This document shows, piece after piece, positions 1 through 9,036 of a DNA stretch of 64,000 nt (position 1 is its first letter; every line of letters begins with the position of its first letter). The translations under genes were made by a program, and so were the position numbers. Under the pieces are notes generated by a model. It was given only the letters and a program-made list of their open reading frames with translations. It was not told the origin of the DNA and did not search any database. The DNA is taken from the NCBI GenBank assembly GCA_038040325.1, contig JBBPIM010000004.1, positions 29,325 through 93,324 on the forward strand, in the 5' to 3' direction. The stretch is from Candidatus Mayfieldus profundus (GTDB taxonomy: Bacteria > Actinomycetota > Thermoleophilia > Solirubrobacterales > 70-9).

Positions 1-147
1 CGCGATGACGGCGTGCCCGGGGCGGTCCAGAACCAAGCTGGGCGCCGCGCGCGGGCGAAGCCGGTAGTGGTGACTACCGGCGAGACCGTGGGTGGCGATC
101 CAGCGCCGGTGCTGGATCGCACCGGGTGCGGCGCTTCATTGCGTTAG

Positions 148-1113
148 GTGCTCTTAGAATCCCCGCTGATGGCGACCAGCACGCTCGCCGAGCAGGCGAG
201 GCACAACGGCAGCGGCGACTCCGAGGCGGCCAAAGAGCGGCGAGACCTGCCGGGCGGGCCGCTCGGATCGCTTCTGGGCCGCGCTGCCGGGGCGATCGGC
301 GATGCGATCTCCAGCCGGCTCAACGCCGAGCTCGACGACCGCGACCCCGACTACATTCGCGAGAACCTGCCGCTGGTCTGGCTGCTGTCCAGCATCTGGT
401 TCCGCGGCTCGGTTCGAAACCTCGGCAACATCCCCGAGGACCGGCCGGTGCTGTTGGTCGGAAACCACTCGGGCGGCAACATCACCCCCGACACCCTGAT
501 CTTCACCCTTGCCTTCAGCACCTACTTCGGGGTCGAGCGCCGATTCTTCCAGCTCGCCCACAACCTCGTCCTCGCCTCCCCCTTCGGCCAGATTCTGCGC
601 AAATACGGGACCGTCACGGCTTCCCCCGAGAACGCCGAGAAGGCGCTTGACTCGGGCGCCGCGCTGCTCGTCTACCCGGGCGGCGACTGGGAGGCGCACC
701 GCTCCAGCCTCGAACGCAACCGGGTCGACTTCGGCGGCCGAAAGGGCTTCATCCGCCTGGCTCTGGAGCAAGACGTCCCGATCATTCCCGTGGTCTCGGT
801 GGGCGGCCAGGAGACGGCACTGTTCCTCAGCCGCGGCAACTGGCTGGCGCGGGCGCTCGGCGTGGACCGGCTGCTGCGCCTCAAGGTGATGCCGATCTCG
901 ATCGCCCCGCCGTGGGGACTCAACATCGGTGACTTCCTCGGCCACGTGCCGCTGCCAGCCAAGATCACGATCGAGGTGCTGCCGCCGATCGACCTGCGCG
1001 AGCAGTTCGGGCCCGAGCCCGACGTCGACGAGGTCTACGAGGAGATCACCGAGCAGATGCAGGAAACCCTCGACGCGCTCGCCGCCGAGCGCCGCTTTCC
1101 GGTGATCGGATGA
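148..1113 (+). CDS. acyltransferase, PlsC/lysophospholipid acyltransferase-like
   Basis: 321-aa ORF with an 'LLVGNHSGGNITPD' block resembling the NHxSxxD acyltransferase motif, plus 'LVYPGGDWE' and 'VPIIPVVSVGG' blocks. GTG at 148; the in-frame ATG at 169 is an alternative start. Its stop overlaps the next start (ATGA at 1110). Confidence 0.6.
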   Translation: MLLESPLMATSTLAEQARHNGSGDSEAAKERRDLPGGPLGSLLGRAAGAIGDAISSRLNAELDDRDPDYIRENLPLVWLLSSIWFRGSVRNLGNIPEDRPVLLVGNHSGGNITPDTLIFTLAFSTYFGVERRFFQLAHNLVLASPFGQILRKYGTVTASPENAEKALDSGAALLVYPGGDWEAHRSSLERNRVDFGGRKGFIRLALEQDVPIIPVVSVGGQETALFLSRGNWLARALGVDRLLRLKVMPISIAPPWGLNIGDFLGHVPLPAKITIEVLPPIDLREQFGPEPDVDEVYEEITEQMQETLDALAAERRFPVIG

Positions 1114-1604
1114 GGCTCAACGAGTCGGTTGTGATCTCGGCACCCGCCGAGGACATCTGGGACTACCTGGCGGACCCCGAGAACTACCTGCGCTTCATGT
1201 CCGGGGTGACCCGCTGGGAGGTCGCCGACGACAAGCCCAGCGGCCTCGGCGCCCGCTACCGGATGCTGATCCGGGTCGGCGCCGCGGAGGTAGGGGGCCT
1301 GATCGAATTCGTCGAGTGGACCGAGCCCCGCGACATGGCCTGGACGTCGGTCACCGGCGTCGACCAGCGCGGCCGCTGGCGTATCCGCGAGTTGGACGAC
1401 GGCCGCTGCCGGGTGGAGCTGCGCTTCGCCTACGGCGTGGCCGGGTCGGGCATCCCCGGCTGGTTCGCCGAGCTGGTCGCCGCACCGACGCTGGGGCGGC
1501 ATCTGCGCCGCACCCTGCACCAGCTCAAGCGCCAGGTCGAGCACGAGCGCCTGCGCGCCGAGGCCGAGCGACGCCGCGCGGCGCGCGAGGGCGCCACGGC
1601 CTAG
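1110..1604 (+). CDS. SRPBCC (polyketide cyclase/dehydrase-like) family protein
   Basis: 164 aa. The N-terminus 'MRLNESVVISAPAEDIWDYLADPENYLRFM' is the classic SRPBCC opening. Translationally coupled to the upstream gene. Confidence 0.7.
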   Translation: MRLNESVVISAPAEDIWDYLADPENYLRFMSGVTRWEVADDKPSGLGARYRMLIRVGAAEVGGLIEFVEWTEPRDMAWTSVTGVDQRGRWRIRELDDGRCRVELRFAYGVAGSGIPGWFAELVAAPTLGRHLRRTLHQLKRQVEHERLRAEAERRRAAREGATA

Positions 1605-1719
1605 ACGCGCGCCGCCGTGTCCAGTGCCGCCACGTAGCGGTCGCCGGTACACGGCCCTTGCCATCGCCGCCACAAAGGCGTAGGGTCGGTATGACCTACC
1701 CGCCAGCAAGGAGGCAAGC

Positions 1720-2151
1720 ATGTCCAGAGAGAACATCGAGGCATCGCGCCGGGTGATCGAGGAGGGATTCAGCGGGGGGAATCTCGATGTGGTCGACGAG
1801 GTCTGCAGCGACGACTTCACGAGCCATGACCCGATCGCCGGCGAGCAGGACGCCGAGGGCGTCAAGCAGAGCATGAGCGGTTACCGGGAGGCGTTTCCCG
1901 ATCTGGAGGTCACGATCGAGGACATCTTCGCCGCCGGTGACAAGGTGGTGATCCGCTGGACCGCCATCGGCACCTTCGAGAACGAGTTCATGGGCCAGCA
2001 GCCCACCGGCGAGAGGGGCAATCCCGTCGAGGGCATCGCCATCGACCGCTTCGAGGACGGCAAGATAGCCGAGACCTGGGCCCAGTGGGACACGCTGGGG
2101 TTCCTGAGGAACATCGGCGCCGTGCCCGACCAGGCCGCGACCGCCGGCTAG
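1720..2151 (+). CDS. SnoaL-like ester cyclase family protein
   Basis: 143 aa with the 'GGNLDVVDEVCSDDFTSHDP...YREAFPDLEVTIEDIFAAGDKVVIRWT' pattern typical of SnoaL-like/ester cyclase proteins. A good AAGGAGG Shine-Dalgarno sits at 1708-1714. Confidence 0.75.
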   Translation: MSRENIEASRRVIEEGFSGGNLDVVDEVCSDDFTSHDPIAGEQDAEGVKQSMSGYREAFPDLEVTIEDIFAAGDKVVIRWTAIGTFENEFMGQQPTGERGNPVEGIAIDRFEDGKIAETWAQWDTLGFLRNIGAVPDQAATAG

Positions 2152-2186
2152 GCGAACCGGCTGCAGAAAAACCGAGTGAGGCCGGA

Positions 2187-3377
2187 CTAGAAGGTCCGGA
2201 AGCTCTGCGACCCGCTGCGCGGCCGCTCGTCGGCGCCGTTTTCGCCGCCGCTTGAGTCGTCCTCGGACTCGTCCTCGTCCTCGCGCGCCCAGCGCGGGGC
2301 GCTCTCGGTCGCCGCCGCCATCGCCTCGCGGCGCGCGCGCTCGGCGGCAATCCGGATCTGCTCCTCGGCGGCGCTGCGGGCCAGCTCCGCGCGCTCGTCG
2401 GCCTCGCGGCGGATCCGGTCCGACTCCGCCCGCAGTCGGTCCTCGGCCTGGGCGCGAGCGGCCTGCTCGGCCTCCCGCCCCACCTTCTCGATCAGCTTGG
2501 TGACGCGCTCCTCGGCTTCCTTGCGAACGCTCTCGGTCCCCTCCATGATGCGGCGCTCGATCTGCCCCTCGATCTGGGCGATCCGCTCGCTCGACTTGCG
2601 CTCCAGCTCGACGACCCGCTCCTGAGCTTGGCGCTCGATCTCGGCCACCCGCTCGCGCGCCTTGACCAGCCGCTCCTCTGCCGCGCGCACCCGCTCCTCG
2701 GCCTGGCTCTCCGCCGCCTGGCGCGTCTCCTGCTCACGCTTCAGCGCCTCCGCCTCGGCGCGCTCGGCCGCCGCCGACGTCGCTGCCTCGGCGGCCTGCT
2801 TGGCGGCCGTGATGGCCTCCTGGTCGCGCTGGACCTGCTCCTTCAGCTCCGCGACCGCCTTCTCCGCCGCGATCCTGGCCTCCTCGACGTGCTCGGCAAC
2901 CAATTCCGCCTGGCGGGCTCGCGCCTCCGCCTCGGCCTTGGCGTTGTAGGCGGCGGCCATTCGCTCCCGCCCCTCGTCGCCCAGCTTGCGCAGCGTCTCC
3001 ATCGCCTTTTCCTTCAGCTCGGCGCGGATCTCCTCACAGGCGTCCTCTGCGCTGCTCATGGCCTGGGTGGCGCGCCGCTCGGCGGCCTCGGCGCGGGCCT
3101 CGGCCGCACGCGCGTGCTCCGCGGCCTCGCGGGCCAGCTCCAGCGCCCGCTGCTCGCCCTGGCGGGCCTCCAGCCCGGCCTTGCGGGCGCGCGCCTCGCG
3201 CGAGCGCCATTCCTCGACCAGGCGCTTGGCCTTCGCGTGGAATCTCTCGGTGGCCTCTCCGACCTGGCGCAGCTCGACCGGTCGCAGCGGCTGGGGCTCG
3301 GTCGGCTGCTCCGGCGGGCTTGCCCCCGGCGCCTCCCGCGCCGGCTCCGGCGTGGGAGCTGCCAGCGGTTCGCTCAT
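2187..3377 (-). CDS. Ala/Glu/Arg-rich coiled-coil protein with acidic C-terminal tail, function unknown
   Basis: 396-aa ORF. It has a Pro-rich N-terminus, about 300 aa of uninterrupted A/E/R/Q heptad-like sequence, and the tail 'EDEDESEDDSSGGENG'. The other ORFs across this span are low-complexity shadows. Confidence 0.55.
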   Translation of the reverse strand: MSEPLAAPTPEPAREAPGASPPEQPTEPQPLRPVELRQVGEATERFHAKAKRLVEEWRSREARARKAGLEARQGEQRALELAREAAEHARAAEARAEAAERRATQAMSSAEDACEEIRAELKEKAMETLRKLGDEGRERMAAAYNAKAEAEARARQAELVAEHVEEARIAAEKAVAELKEQVQRDQEAITAAKQAAEAATSAAAERAEAEALKREQETRQAAESQAEERVRAAEERLVKARERVAEIERQAQERVVELERKSSERIAQIEGQIERRIMEGTESVRKEAEERVTKLIEKVGREAEQAARAQAEDRLRAESDRIRREADERAELARSAAEEQIRIAAERARREAMAAATESAPRWAREDEDESEDDSSGGENGADERPRSGSQSFRTF

Positions 3378-3449
3378 CGTCGCGAGAAGTTACTACGCAC
3401 TGTGGTCGCTACGAGGTGCCGTTCGCCACAACATGCGCAAGCTGGGCGA

Positions 3450-3989
3450 TCAACGGCCACGCTCGCTGAGCAGGGCCACGGGTAGGCCGAGGCCGGCCTC
3501 GCGGCGAGCGGTCGCGATACGCCTGCCGGTCTGCACAGCGTCGCGGATCTCCCCCAGCCGCTCGCCGAGCAACTCGGCGGCGCGGTCGATGTCGGCGACA
3601 CGGAAGGTGATCCCCCAGAAACGGGGTGGGCCGTCCCCCAGCTCGGGTTGCTCGACCACCTCGATGATCACCTCCCCCGCCCGCACGAAGGCCTGGCGCA
3701 CGGGCGGCCCCGGCTCGGAGGGCTCGCGCAGCCGCCGCAGGTCCAGCCCCGCCGCCTGCAGCGCCGGCACCGTGCGCCGCAGCTCCGGCGTGAAGACCAC
3801 CAGGTGGTCGATCTTGGTCACCCCGTTGGGGTGCTCGGCCAGCTCGGGCGTCTCGGCCCTCGAAACGACGGTCGGCAGGCCGTCGAGCCGGTCCGAGGAG
3901 GCACCGCGCAGAGACCAGCGGGCCACGCCCGCGCCGTCGGGGGCGAAATCGAGCCGCACGCTCCCCACCACGCACGAGTCGCCCTCCAC
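3450..3989 (-). CDS. VOC/glyoxalase-like domain protein
   Basis: 179 aa. 'HPNGVTKIDHLVVFTPELRRTVPALQAAGL' and 'FWGITFRVADIDRAAELLG' resemble the glyoxalase/VOC beta-alpha-beta-beta-beta modules. GTG start. Confidence 0.5.
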   Translation of the reverse strand: MEGDSCVVGSVRLDFAPDGAGVARWSLRGASSDRLDGLPTVVSRAETPELAEHPNGVTKIDHLVVFTPELRRTVPALQAAGLDLRRLREPSEPGPPVRQAFVRAGEVIIEVVEQPELGDGPPRFWGITFRVADIDRAAELLGERLGEIRDAVQTGRRIATARREAGLGLPVALLSERGR

Positions 3990-4060
3990 CGCGAAGCCGA
4001 AGTCACGCCATGCCTCGGCGGGGGCGGCGATCCGCAGCTCGTCGATCTCGGCGGCAGGGC

Positions 4061-5734
4061 TCAGCTTCCGCCCGCGGTGGCCTCGCGGCCGCTGCGCTCC
4101 TGCTCGCGCTCGACCAGATCGCGCTTGAGGACCTTGCCGGTGGCGTTGCGCGGCAGCTCGTCGAGGAACTCGATCTCGCGCGGCACCTTGTAGCGGGCAA
4201 GGTTCTCCTTCACGTATCCCTTCAGCTCATCCTCGGAGGGATCCCCGTTCTGCACCACCACGAATGCCTTCAGCCGCTGGCCGAACTTGTCGTCCTCGAC
4301 CCCGATCACCGCCGCCTCGGCCACCGCCTCGTGGTCGGAGAGCAGGTCCTCGACCTCGCGCGGGAACACGTTCTCGCCGCCGGAGACGATCATCTCGTCG
4401 TCGCGGCCGTCGATGAACAGCCGACCCTCCTCGTCGAAGTGGCCGACGTCGCCGCTGGACAGCAGGCCCTCGATCACGTCCTTGCCACCGCCGCCGGTGT
4501 AGCCCTCGAATGCCATCTCGTTGCCGACGAAGATGCGGCCGGTCTCGCCCTGGGGGACCTCCTTGCCGTCCTCGTCGTAGATCTTCACCACGGTGTTGCG
4601 CGGCGGCCGCCCCGCGGTGCCGGGCGCCTCACGCAGCTCCTGCGGGGTGGCGATCGTCGCGTAGGCGACCTCGGTCGAGCCGTAGAGGTTGTAGAGGTTG
4701 TCGCCGAATGTGTCCATCCACTTGGTGGCCAGCTCGCCGGGCAGGGCCGAGCCGCTGGCGGAGGTGATGCGCAGCGAGCTGACGTCGTGCTTTTCGATCG
4801 TCTCCTGCGGAAGCTCGAGGATTCGCTGCATCATCACCGGCACCACCACCAGCACCTCGGCGTGGGTCTCGGCGATCGCGCGCAGGGTGTCCTCGGGATC
4901 GAAGCGGCGGCGCAGCACGATCGTCGCGGCGGTCGGGAGGCTGAGCACGAAGTGCGTGAAGCCCCAGGAGTGGAACAGCGGCGCGGCGATCATCATCGTC
5001 TGGCGGCTCTGGAATGGGATGCGGTCGATCAGCGCCGCGAACGAGCCGATCCCCTCGGGGTTGGAGCGCTGGGCGCCCTTCGGCGTGCCGGTGGTGCCGG
5101 AGGTGAGGATCACGAAGCGCGGCGAGTCGGCGGGGGGGCTGAGGTCGGAGCTGTCGCCGTCCTCGATCAGGCTCTCCAGCGACGGGTCGCCGGTCTTTCC
5201 CTCCTCCTCCCAGGCGACCAGCCTCTGCACGTCGCTGCCGACTCCCTCGAGCAGCCCCGCGAACTCCTCGTCGTAGATCAGCACCTTCGGGCCCTCCTGC
5301 TCCACCACGTCGGCGAGCTGGCGGGCGGCGAAGGCGGTATTGAGAAGGAGCGCGCTGGAGCCCAGCTTGGAGCTGGCCAAGGTCGCATCGACGAAGCCGC
5401 GGTGGTCGCGGCACATGATTCCGACCCCGTCGCCGGGCCCCACGCCCATCTCTGCGAGGGCGTGGGCGAGGGCGTTGGAGCGCTCGTGCACCTCGAGGAA
5501 GGTGAGCTCGCCGAGCTCGTCGACCACCGAGGTCTCGTCCGGGTATTGGATCGCGGTGACCGCGGCGCCGGTTGCGGGGGAGGCGCCCCAGCGAGCGAAG
5601 GTCCAGCCCATCCGCGCCAGCTTGTCCGGCCGCACCGGCTTCAGCAGGCCGCGCTGGGTAAGCACCTTCAGCTCGAAGGCGCCGTCGGCAATCTTTCCCA
5701 GGGGGTCGAAGGGGATGCGCCGGGCCGCACTCAT
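4061..5734 (-). CDS. acyl-CoA synthetase / AMP-dependent synthetase and ligase (FadD-like)
   Basis: 557 aa with the AMP-binding signature 'ILTSGTTGTPKGA', 'YGSTE', 'TGDVG..DEEGRLFIDGRDDEMIVSGGENVFP' and a terminal 'LPRNATGKVLKR'. Confidence 0.88.
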   Translation of the reverse strand: MSAARRIPFDPLGKIADGAFELKVLTQRGLLKPVRPDKLARMGWTFARWGASPATGAAVTAIQYPDETSVVDELGELTFLEVHERSNALAHALAEMGVGPGDGVGIMCRDHRGFVDATLASSKLGSSALLLNTAFAARQLADVVEQEGPKVLIYDEEFAGLLEGVGSDVQRLVAWEEEGKTGDPSLESLIEDGDSSDLSPPADSPRFVILTSGTTGTPKGAQRSNPEGIGSFAALIDRIPFQSRQTMMIAAPLFHSWGFTHFVLSLPTAATIVLRRRFDPEDTLRAIAETHAEVLVVVPVMMQRILELPQETIEKHDVSSLRITSASGSALPGELATKWMDTFGDNLYNLYGSTEVAYATIATPQELREAPGTAGRPPRNTVVKIYDEDGKEVPQGETGRIFVGNEMAFEGYTGGGGKDVIEGLLSSGDVGHFDEEGRLFIDGRDDEMIVSGGENVFPREVEDLLSDHEAVAEAAVIGVEDDKFGQRLKAFVVVQNGDPSEDELKGYVKENLARYKVPREIEFLDELPRNATGKVLKRDLVEREQERSGREATAGGS

Positions 5735-5747
5735 GCTTGTGAGGAGA

Positions 5748-6209
5748 TTATTCGCTCTCCAGCGCCGCCACGGCGATGCAAGTGATCCCCTCGCCGCGGC
5801 CGATCCATCCCATCCCCTCGTTGGTCGTGGCCTTGACGTTGACCCGCGCCGATAACGCCTCCGAGAGCAGCCGCTCCATCTCGGCGCGATGGGGCGCGAT
5901 CCGGGGCTGCTCGCAGATCAGCGTCGCGTCGACGTTGAGCACCCGGCCGGAAACCCGGCCCAGCACCGTGCGCAGCAGGTCGAGCGAGTCGGCGTCGCGC
6001 CAGCGGTCCTCGTCGTCGGGGAAGAGCCCGCCGATGTCGCCCATGCCGGCGGCGCCGAGCAGCGCGTCGATGATCGCGTGGATGAGGACGTCCCCGTCGG
6101 AGTGGCCGGCGAGCCCGCTCTCGTGCTCGATGTCGACGCCGCCCAGCACCAGGCGACCGCCCCGCACGAAGCGGTGGCTGTCGTAGCCGATCCCGACCGA
6201 CGCGCTCAT
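5748..6209 (-). CDS. ispF: 2-C-methyl-D-erythritol 2,4-cyclodiphosphate synthase
   Basis: The track ORF 5748..6839 is over-extended. From the ATG at 6209 the 153-aa product 'MSASVGIGYDSHRF...GHSDGDVLIHAIIDALLGAAGMGDIG..FP' is canonical IspF. The start overlaps the upstream stop (ATGA at 6206-6209). Confidence 0.92.
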   Translation of the reverse strand: MSASVGIGYDSHRFVRGGRLVLGGVDIEHESGLAGHSDGDVLIHAIIDALLGAAGMGDIGGLFPDDEDRWRDADSLDLLRTVLGRVSGRVLNVDATLICEQPRIAPHRAEMERLLSEALSARVNVKATTNEGMGWIGRGEGITCIAVAALESE

Positions 6210-7063
6210 TCCTGTTCCACATCCTCGCGTTTCGCGGCCCCGAGCGGCTCCAGCCGCCGCCGGCGCCGCTCGAACACGCAGATCTCCCCCACGTCGATTG
6301 CTCCCAGCAGCGCTTCGGCCTGGTCGTAGGCGTGGCCGACGTTCTCGGGCTCGTGGGCATCGGACGAGAGCGCGAAGACGGCCCCCGCCTCGGCACACAT
6401 CTCGGCGAACGCGGGGGCCGGGTAGATCTCGCCGGCCGGCTTGCGCAGGCCGGCGGTCGAGACCTCGACCGCTATTCCTGACTCCGCGATCGCCTCCACC
6501 ACCGGCTCGTAAAAGGAGCGCGAGTCCCCGGGCGGGTGCGGCCGGCCCCTCCCCCAGACCTTGACCAGGTCGGGGTGGGCGAGGATGTCGAACAGGCCGC
6601 TGCGCGCCGCCTCGGCAACGACCTCGAAATAGCGCCGCCAGACGTCCTCGGGGCCCGCAGCGCGTTCCCAGGCGTCGTAGCCTTCGTGGTCCACCGCCCG
6701 CTCGCCGATGAAGTGGACCGAGCCGACCACGTAGTCGAAGTCGCGGCCGGAGAGCAGATCCGCGATGCGCTGCTCGGCGCCGGGCACGAAGTCGGCCTCG
6801 ATGCCGAGCCGCAGCGGCGTCGTTCGCACGAACTCGCAATAGGCGTCGAGGTCGTCGGTCGCCTGCTGCTCCCAGAACGGGTGGCGCCAGACCTCCAGCG
6901 CCTGGCGGAAGCGGTAGACGTGCTCGGAAACGCCCAGCTCCTCGATCCCGGCGTCGCGGGCGGCATCGAGGTAGCGCTGCACGTTGGCCTCGGTGAACCA
7001 GCGCTCCTCGGGAGGCGTGGAGTCGGCGTCTGGACGCAGGTGCAGGTGGTAGTCGGTCAGCAC
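6206..7063 (-). CDS. PHP-family histidinol-phosphatase-like hydrolase (HisJ/HisK type)
   Basis: Shows 'LTDYHLHLRPD', 'GVSEHVYRF', 'GSVHFI', 'ILAHPDLVKVWG' and 'SSDAHEPENVG', the PHP metal-ligand motifs. The track start (7282) adds a non-protein-like extension, so I place the start at GTG 7063 (MLTDYHLH). The exact start is uncertain. Confidence 0.7.
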   Translation of the reverse strand: MLTDYHLHLRPDADSTPPEERWFTEANVQRYLDAARDAGIEELGVSEHVYRFRQALEVWRHPFWEQQATDDLDAYCEFVRTTPLRLGIEADFVPGAEQRIADLLSGRDFDYVVGSVHFIGERAVDHEGYDAWERAAGPEDVWRRYFEVVAEAARSGLFDILAHPDLVKVWGRGRPHPPGDSRSFYEPVVEAIAESGIAVEVSTAGLRKPAGEIYPAPAFAEMCAEAGAVFALSSDAHEPENVGHAYDQAEALLGAIDVGEICVFERRRRRLEPLGAAKREDVEQE

Positions 7064-7151
7064 CGCGAGCAGGCTAGTGGTCGCATCCGGGCAGGGTACG
7101 CTTGGCCGCGATGGTCCACCTGCGGATAGTCCTGTTGCCCAGCTACCAGGC

Positions 7152-7310
7152 ATGACCGCTCTCGGTCGCGAGTTAGGCCTGCTGACGGTCGCCTTCGCGG
7201 GGGGAGCGGCGCTCGCGGGTGCTCTCGGAGCAGTCAATCTCGGTACCGCGCTCGGCGTCGGGCAGCTCGCTTTCGCCGCCACGCTGGTCGGGCTGCTGCT
7301 GCGCGGCTAG
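7152..7310 (+). CDS. possible small two-helix membrane protein
   Basis: In-frame ATG inside track ORF 7077..7310. The 52-aa product 'MTALGRELGLLTVAFAGGAALAGALGAVNLGTALGVGQLAFAATLVGLLLRG' is hydrophobic. No other support. Confidence 0.25.
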   Translation: MTALGRELGLLTVAFAGGAALAGALGAVNLGTALGVGQLAFAATLVGLLLRG

Positions 7311-7327
7311 GTTGAACAGACTCCAGG

Positions 7328-8068
7328 CTAGGTCAGCGGCGCGTCGCGGACGTGCTCGACGGCTGCCGCGGCGCCCTCGGTCCACGGCTCGCCGTGGCCG
7401 GGCAGCACCAGCGGCGCGTCAAGCCTCTCGATCTTCGCCAGCGACTCGCGCGCGGTCGCCGTCGACACGTTGAGGCTGCGGGGCATCAGCTGCGGGCCGC
7501 GGTCGCCGGTCATCGGGTTCCACGTGCAGAGCGCGTCGCCGGCGAACACCGCGCCGTGCTCGGGGAAGTGGAAGGCGACGTGGCCCGGAGTGTGGCCGGG
7601 AGTCTCGATCACGTGCGGTCGACCCGGGACCTGAAGCGTGGCCCCCTCGACCAGCGGCGTTGTCTTCTCGATCTGCGGGGGTCGCGCCGCACCGTTGCGG
7701 ACAAAGTGCCAGAGCAGCCGGTAGGCGGTGACGTGGGTGAGCATCCCCAGCGCGCTGGCCTCGGTCTTCTTGCTCTCGCCATGGACCAGCTTCTCGTCTT
7801 CGGGGTGCAGGTGGACCTCGATGCCGTTCTCGGAGCGCAGCTTCTCCGCGACGCCCGTGTGGTCGGCGTCGCCGTGGGTGAGCAGCACGCACCGCACGTT
7901 GTCGATCGAGCGACCCAGCAGCTTCAGGCCCGGCTCGAGCTGCGGGCGATAGCCGGGAACCCCCGCGTCGACGATCGTGACTCCGCTCTCGTCGGCTACC
8001 AGGTACCAGTTGACGTAGGAGGTGCCGAGGCGGACGACGTTGTCGGCCAGAAGCCGCGGCTCGCTCAT
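7328..8068 (-). CDS. MBL-fold metallo-hydrolase
   Basis: 246 aa with 'VLLTHGDADHTG' (HxHxDH-type motif), 'TPGHTPGH', 'GDAL' and 'LPGHGEP'. Confidence 0.8.
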   Translation of the reverse strand: MSEPRLLADNVVRLGTSYVNWYLVADESGVTIVDAGVPGYRPQLEPGLKLLGRSIDNVRCVLLTHGDADHTGVAEKLRSENGIEVHLHPEDEKLVHGESKKTEASALGMLTHVTAYRLLWHFVRNGAARPPQIEKTTPLVEGATLQVPGRPHVIETPGHTPGHVAFHFPEHGAVFAGDALCTWNPMTGDRGPQLMPRSLNVSTATARESLAKIERLDAPLVLPGHGEPWTEGAAAAVEHVRDAPLT

Positions 8069-8143
8069 CGCGACCCAGCCTAGCGATCGGAGGGCTCGCC
8101 AATGGTGGGGCGAACCGCGCCAGCGAGGCGCCTTATTCGCGGT

Positions 8144-8971
8144 ATGCGAGAGGAACCTGCCTCACCCGACCGACTCGCCGCACGGATCGCGGCGCGCCAG
8201 TACGGCGTGATTTCCTCCTGCCAGCTCGCCGAGTTGGGAATCGGCAAGGACGGAATTCTGCGCCGACTACGGGCGGGAAGACTGCACCGGCTGTACCGCG
8301 GCGTTTATGCCGTCGGACACGTTCGATTGAGCCAGGAAGGCAGGTGGATGGCGGCGACGATTGCCTGCGAGGGCGCCGTCCTCAGCCACCGCAGCGCCGC
8401 CGAGCTCTGGCGCCTGCTACCTGCGGCGGGTGGCCCGGTCAGCGTCACCCTTCCCGGCATGGGCGGTCGCCGAAAGCGCCAAGGCATCCGCATCCACCGC
8501 TCCCGCACCCTGACGACGACGATGGTCACACGCCGCCAGAACATCCCCACAACGAGCCCCGCCCGAACTCTGTCTGACCTGCGTCGCTTGGTTTTAGCCG
8601 CCGACCTTCGCAGAGCGATCCGCCAGGCAGAAGTGCTCGGGCTCGATGTCGGTCGAGATCTCGAGACCGACCGTACTCGGAGCGAGCTCGAGCACCGGTT
8701 CCTGCGTCTCTGCCGTCGGCAACGCCTTCCCATCCCGGAAGTCAACGCCGAGGTGGGGCCGTTCGTCGTTGACTTCCTCTGGCGTGATCGGGCACTGGTC
8801 GTCGAAACGGACGGCTATCGCTACCACCGCGGCCGCGAAGCATTCGAGGACGACCGGGCGCGCGACCTGCAACTGCGCCTCCGCGGCTACCAGGTTCTGC
8901 GGTTCTCCTACGTGCAGGTTGTCGAAGAACCGCGCGGAATCGTCGCCGCGCTCCGCCCTCTATTGCGCTAG
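8144..8971 (+). CDS. DUF559 / Vsr-like endonuclease-domain protein with AbiEi-type N-terminal wHTH
   Basis: 'RQYGVISSCQLAELGIGKDGILRRLRAGRLHRLYRGVYAVGH' is the AbiEi_4-like N-terminus. 'VVDFLWRDRALVVETDGYRYHRGREAFEDDRARDLQLRLRGYQVLRFSY' is the DUF559 core. The start could be 8102 or 8144. Confidence 0.65.
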   Translation: MREEPASPDRLAARIAARQYGVISSCQLAELGIGKDGILRRLRAGRLHRLYRGVYAVGHVRLSQEGRWMAATIACEGAVLSHRSAAELWRLLPAAGGPVSVTLPGMGGRRKRQGIRIHRSRTLTTTMVTRRQNIPTTSPARTLSDLRRLVLAADLRRAIRQAEVLGLDVGRDLETDRTRSELEHRFLRLCRRQRLPIPEVNAEVGPFVVDFLWRDRALVVETDGYRYHRGREAFEDDRARDLQLRLRGYQVLRFSYVQVVEEPRGIVAALRPLLR

Positions 8972-9036
8972 CAGCAGCTCCGCCGCACGGAATCGTCGCC
9001 GCGCTCCGCCCTCTATTGCGATAGCAGCAGCTCCGC
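8935..9036. repeat. 49-bp direct repeat (two copies, 53-bp period, one mismatch) duplicating the 3' end of ispD
   Basis: Copy 1 at 8935-8983 is cggaatcgtcgccgcgctccgccctctattgcgCtagcagcagctccgc. Copy 2 at 8988-9036 is identical except for an A at the capitalised position. Copy 2 encodes the ispD C-terminus on the minus strand, and copy 1 encodes the DUF559 C-terminus on the plus strand. Confidence 0.9.

Noticed and set aside
1-147. Possible partial gene at the left edge
   Set aside because: I found no convincing open frame with recognisable motifs. The minus-strand ATG at 137-139 runs into a stop after about 21 codons.
4010-5785. 591-aa plus-strand ORF covering the whole acyl-CoA synthetase gene
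   Set aside because: It is antisense to a gene with unmistakable AMP-binding motifs. Its translation is Arg/Ala/Gly/Leu-rich low complexity with no motifs, the typical high-GC shadow ORF.
5748-6839. 363-aa version of the ispF ORF and other long upstream extensions (ispD to 9990, carD to 10414, fdh to 12809, radA to 15969)
   Set aside because: The extensions overlap the upstream genes and are Arg-rich nonsense. Conserved N-termini and ATGA or short-gap junctions support the shorter starts.
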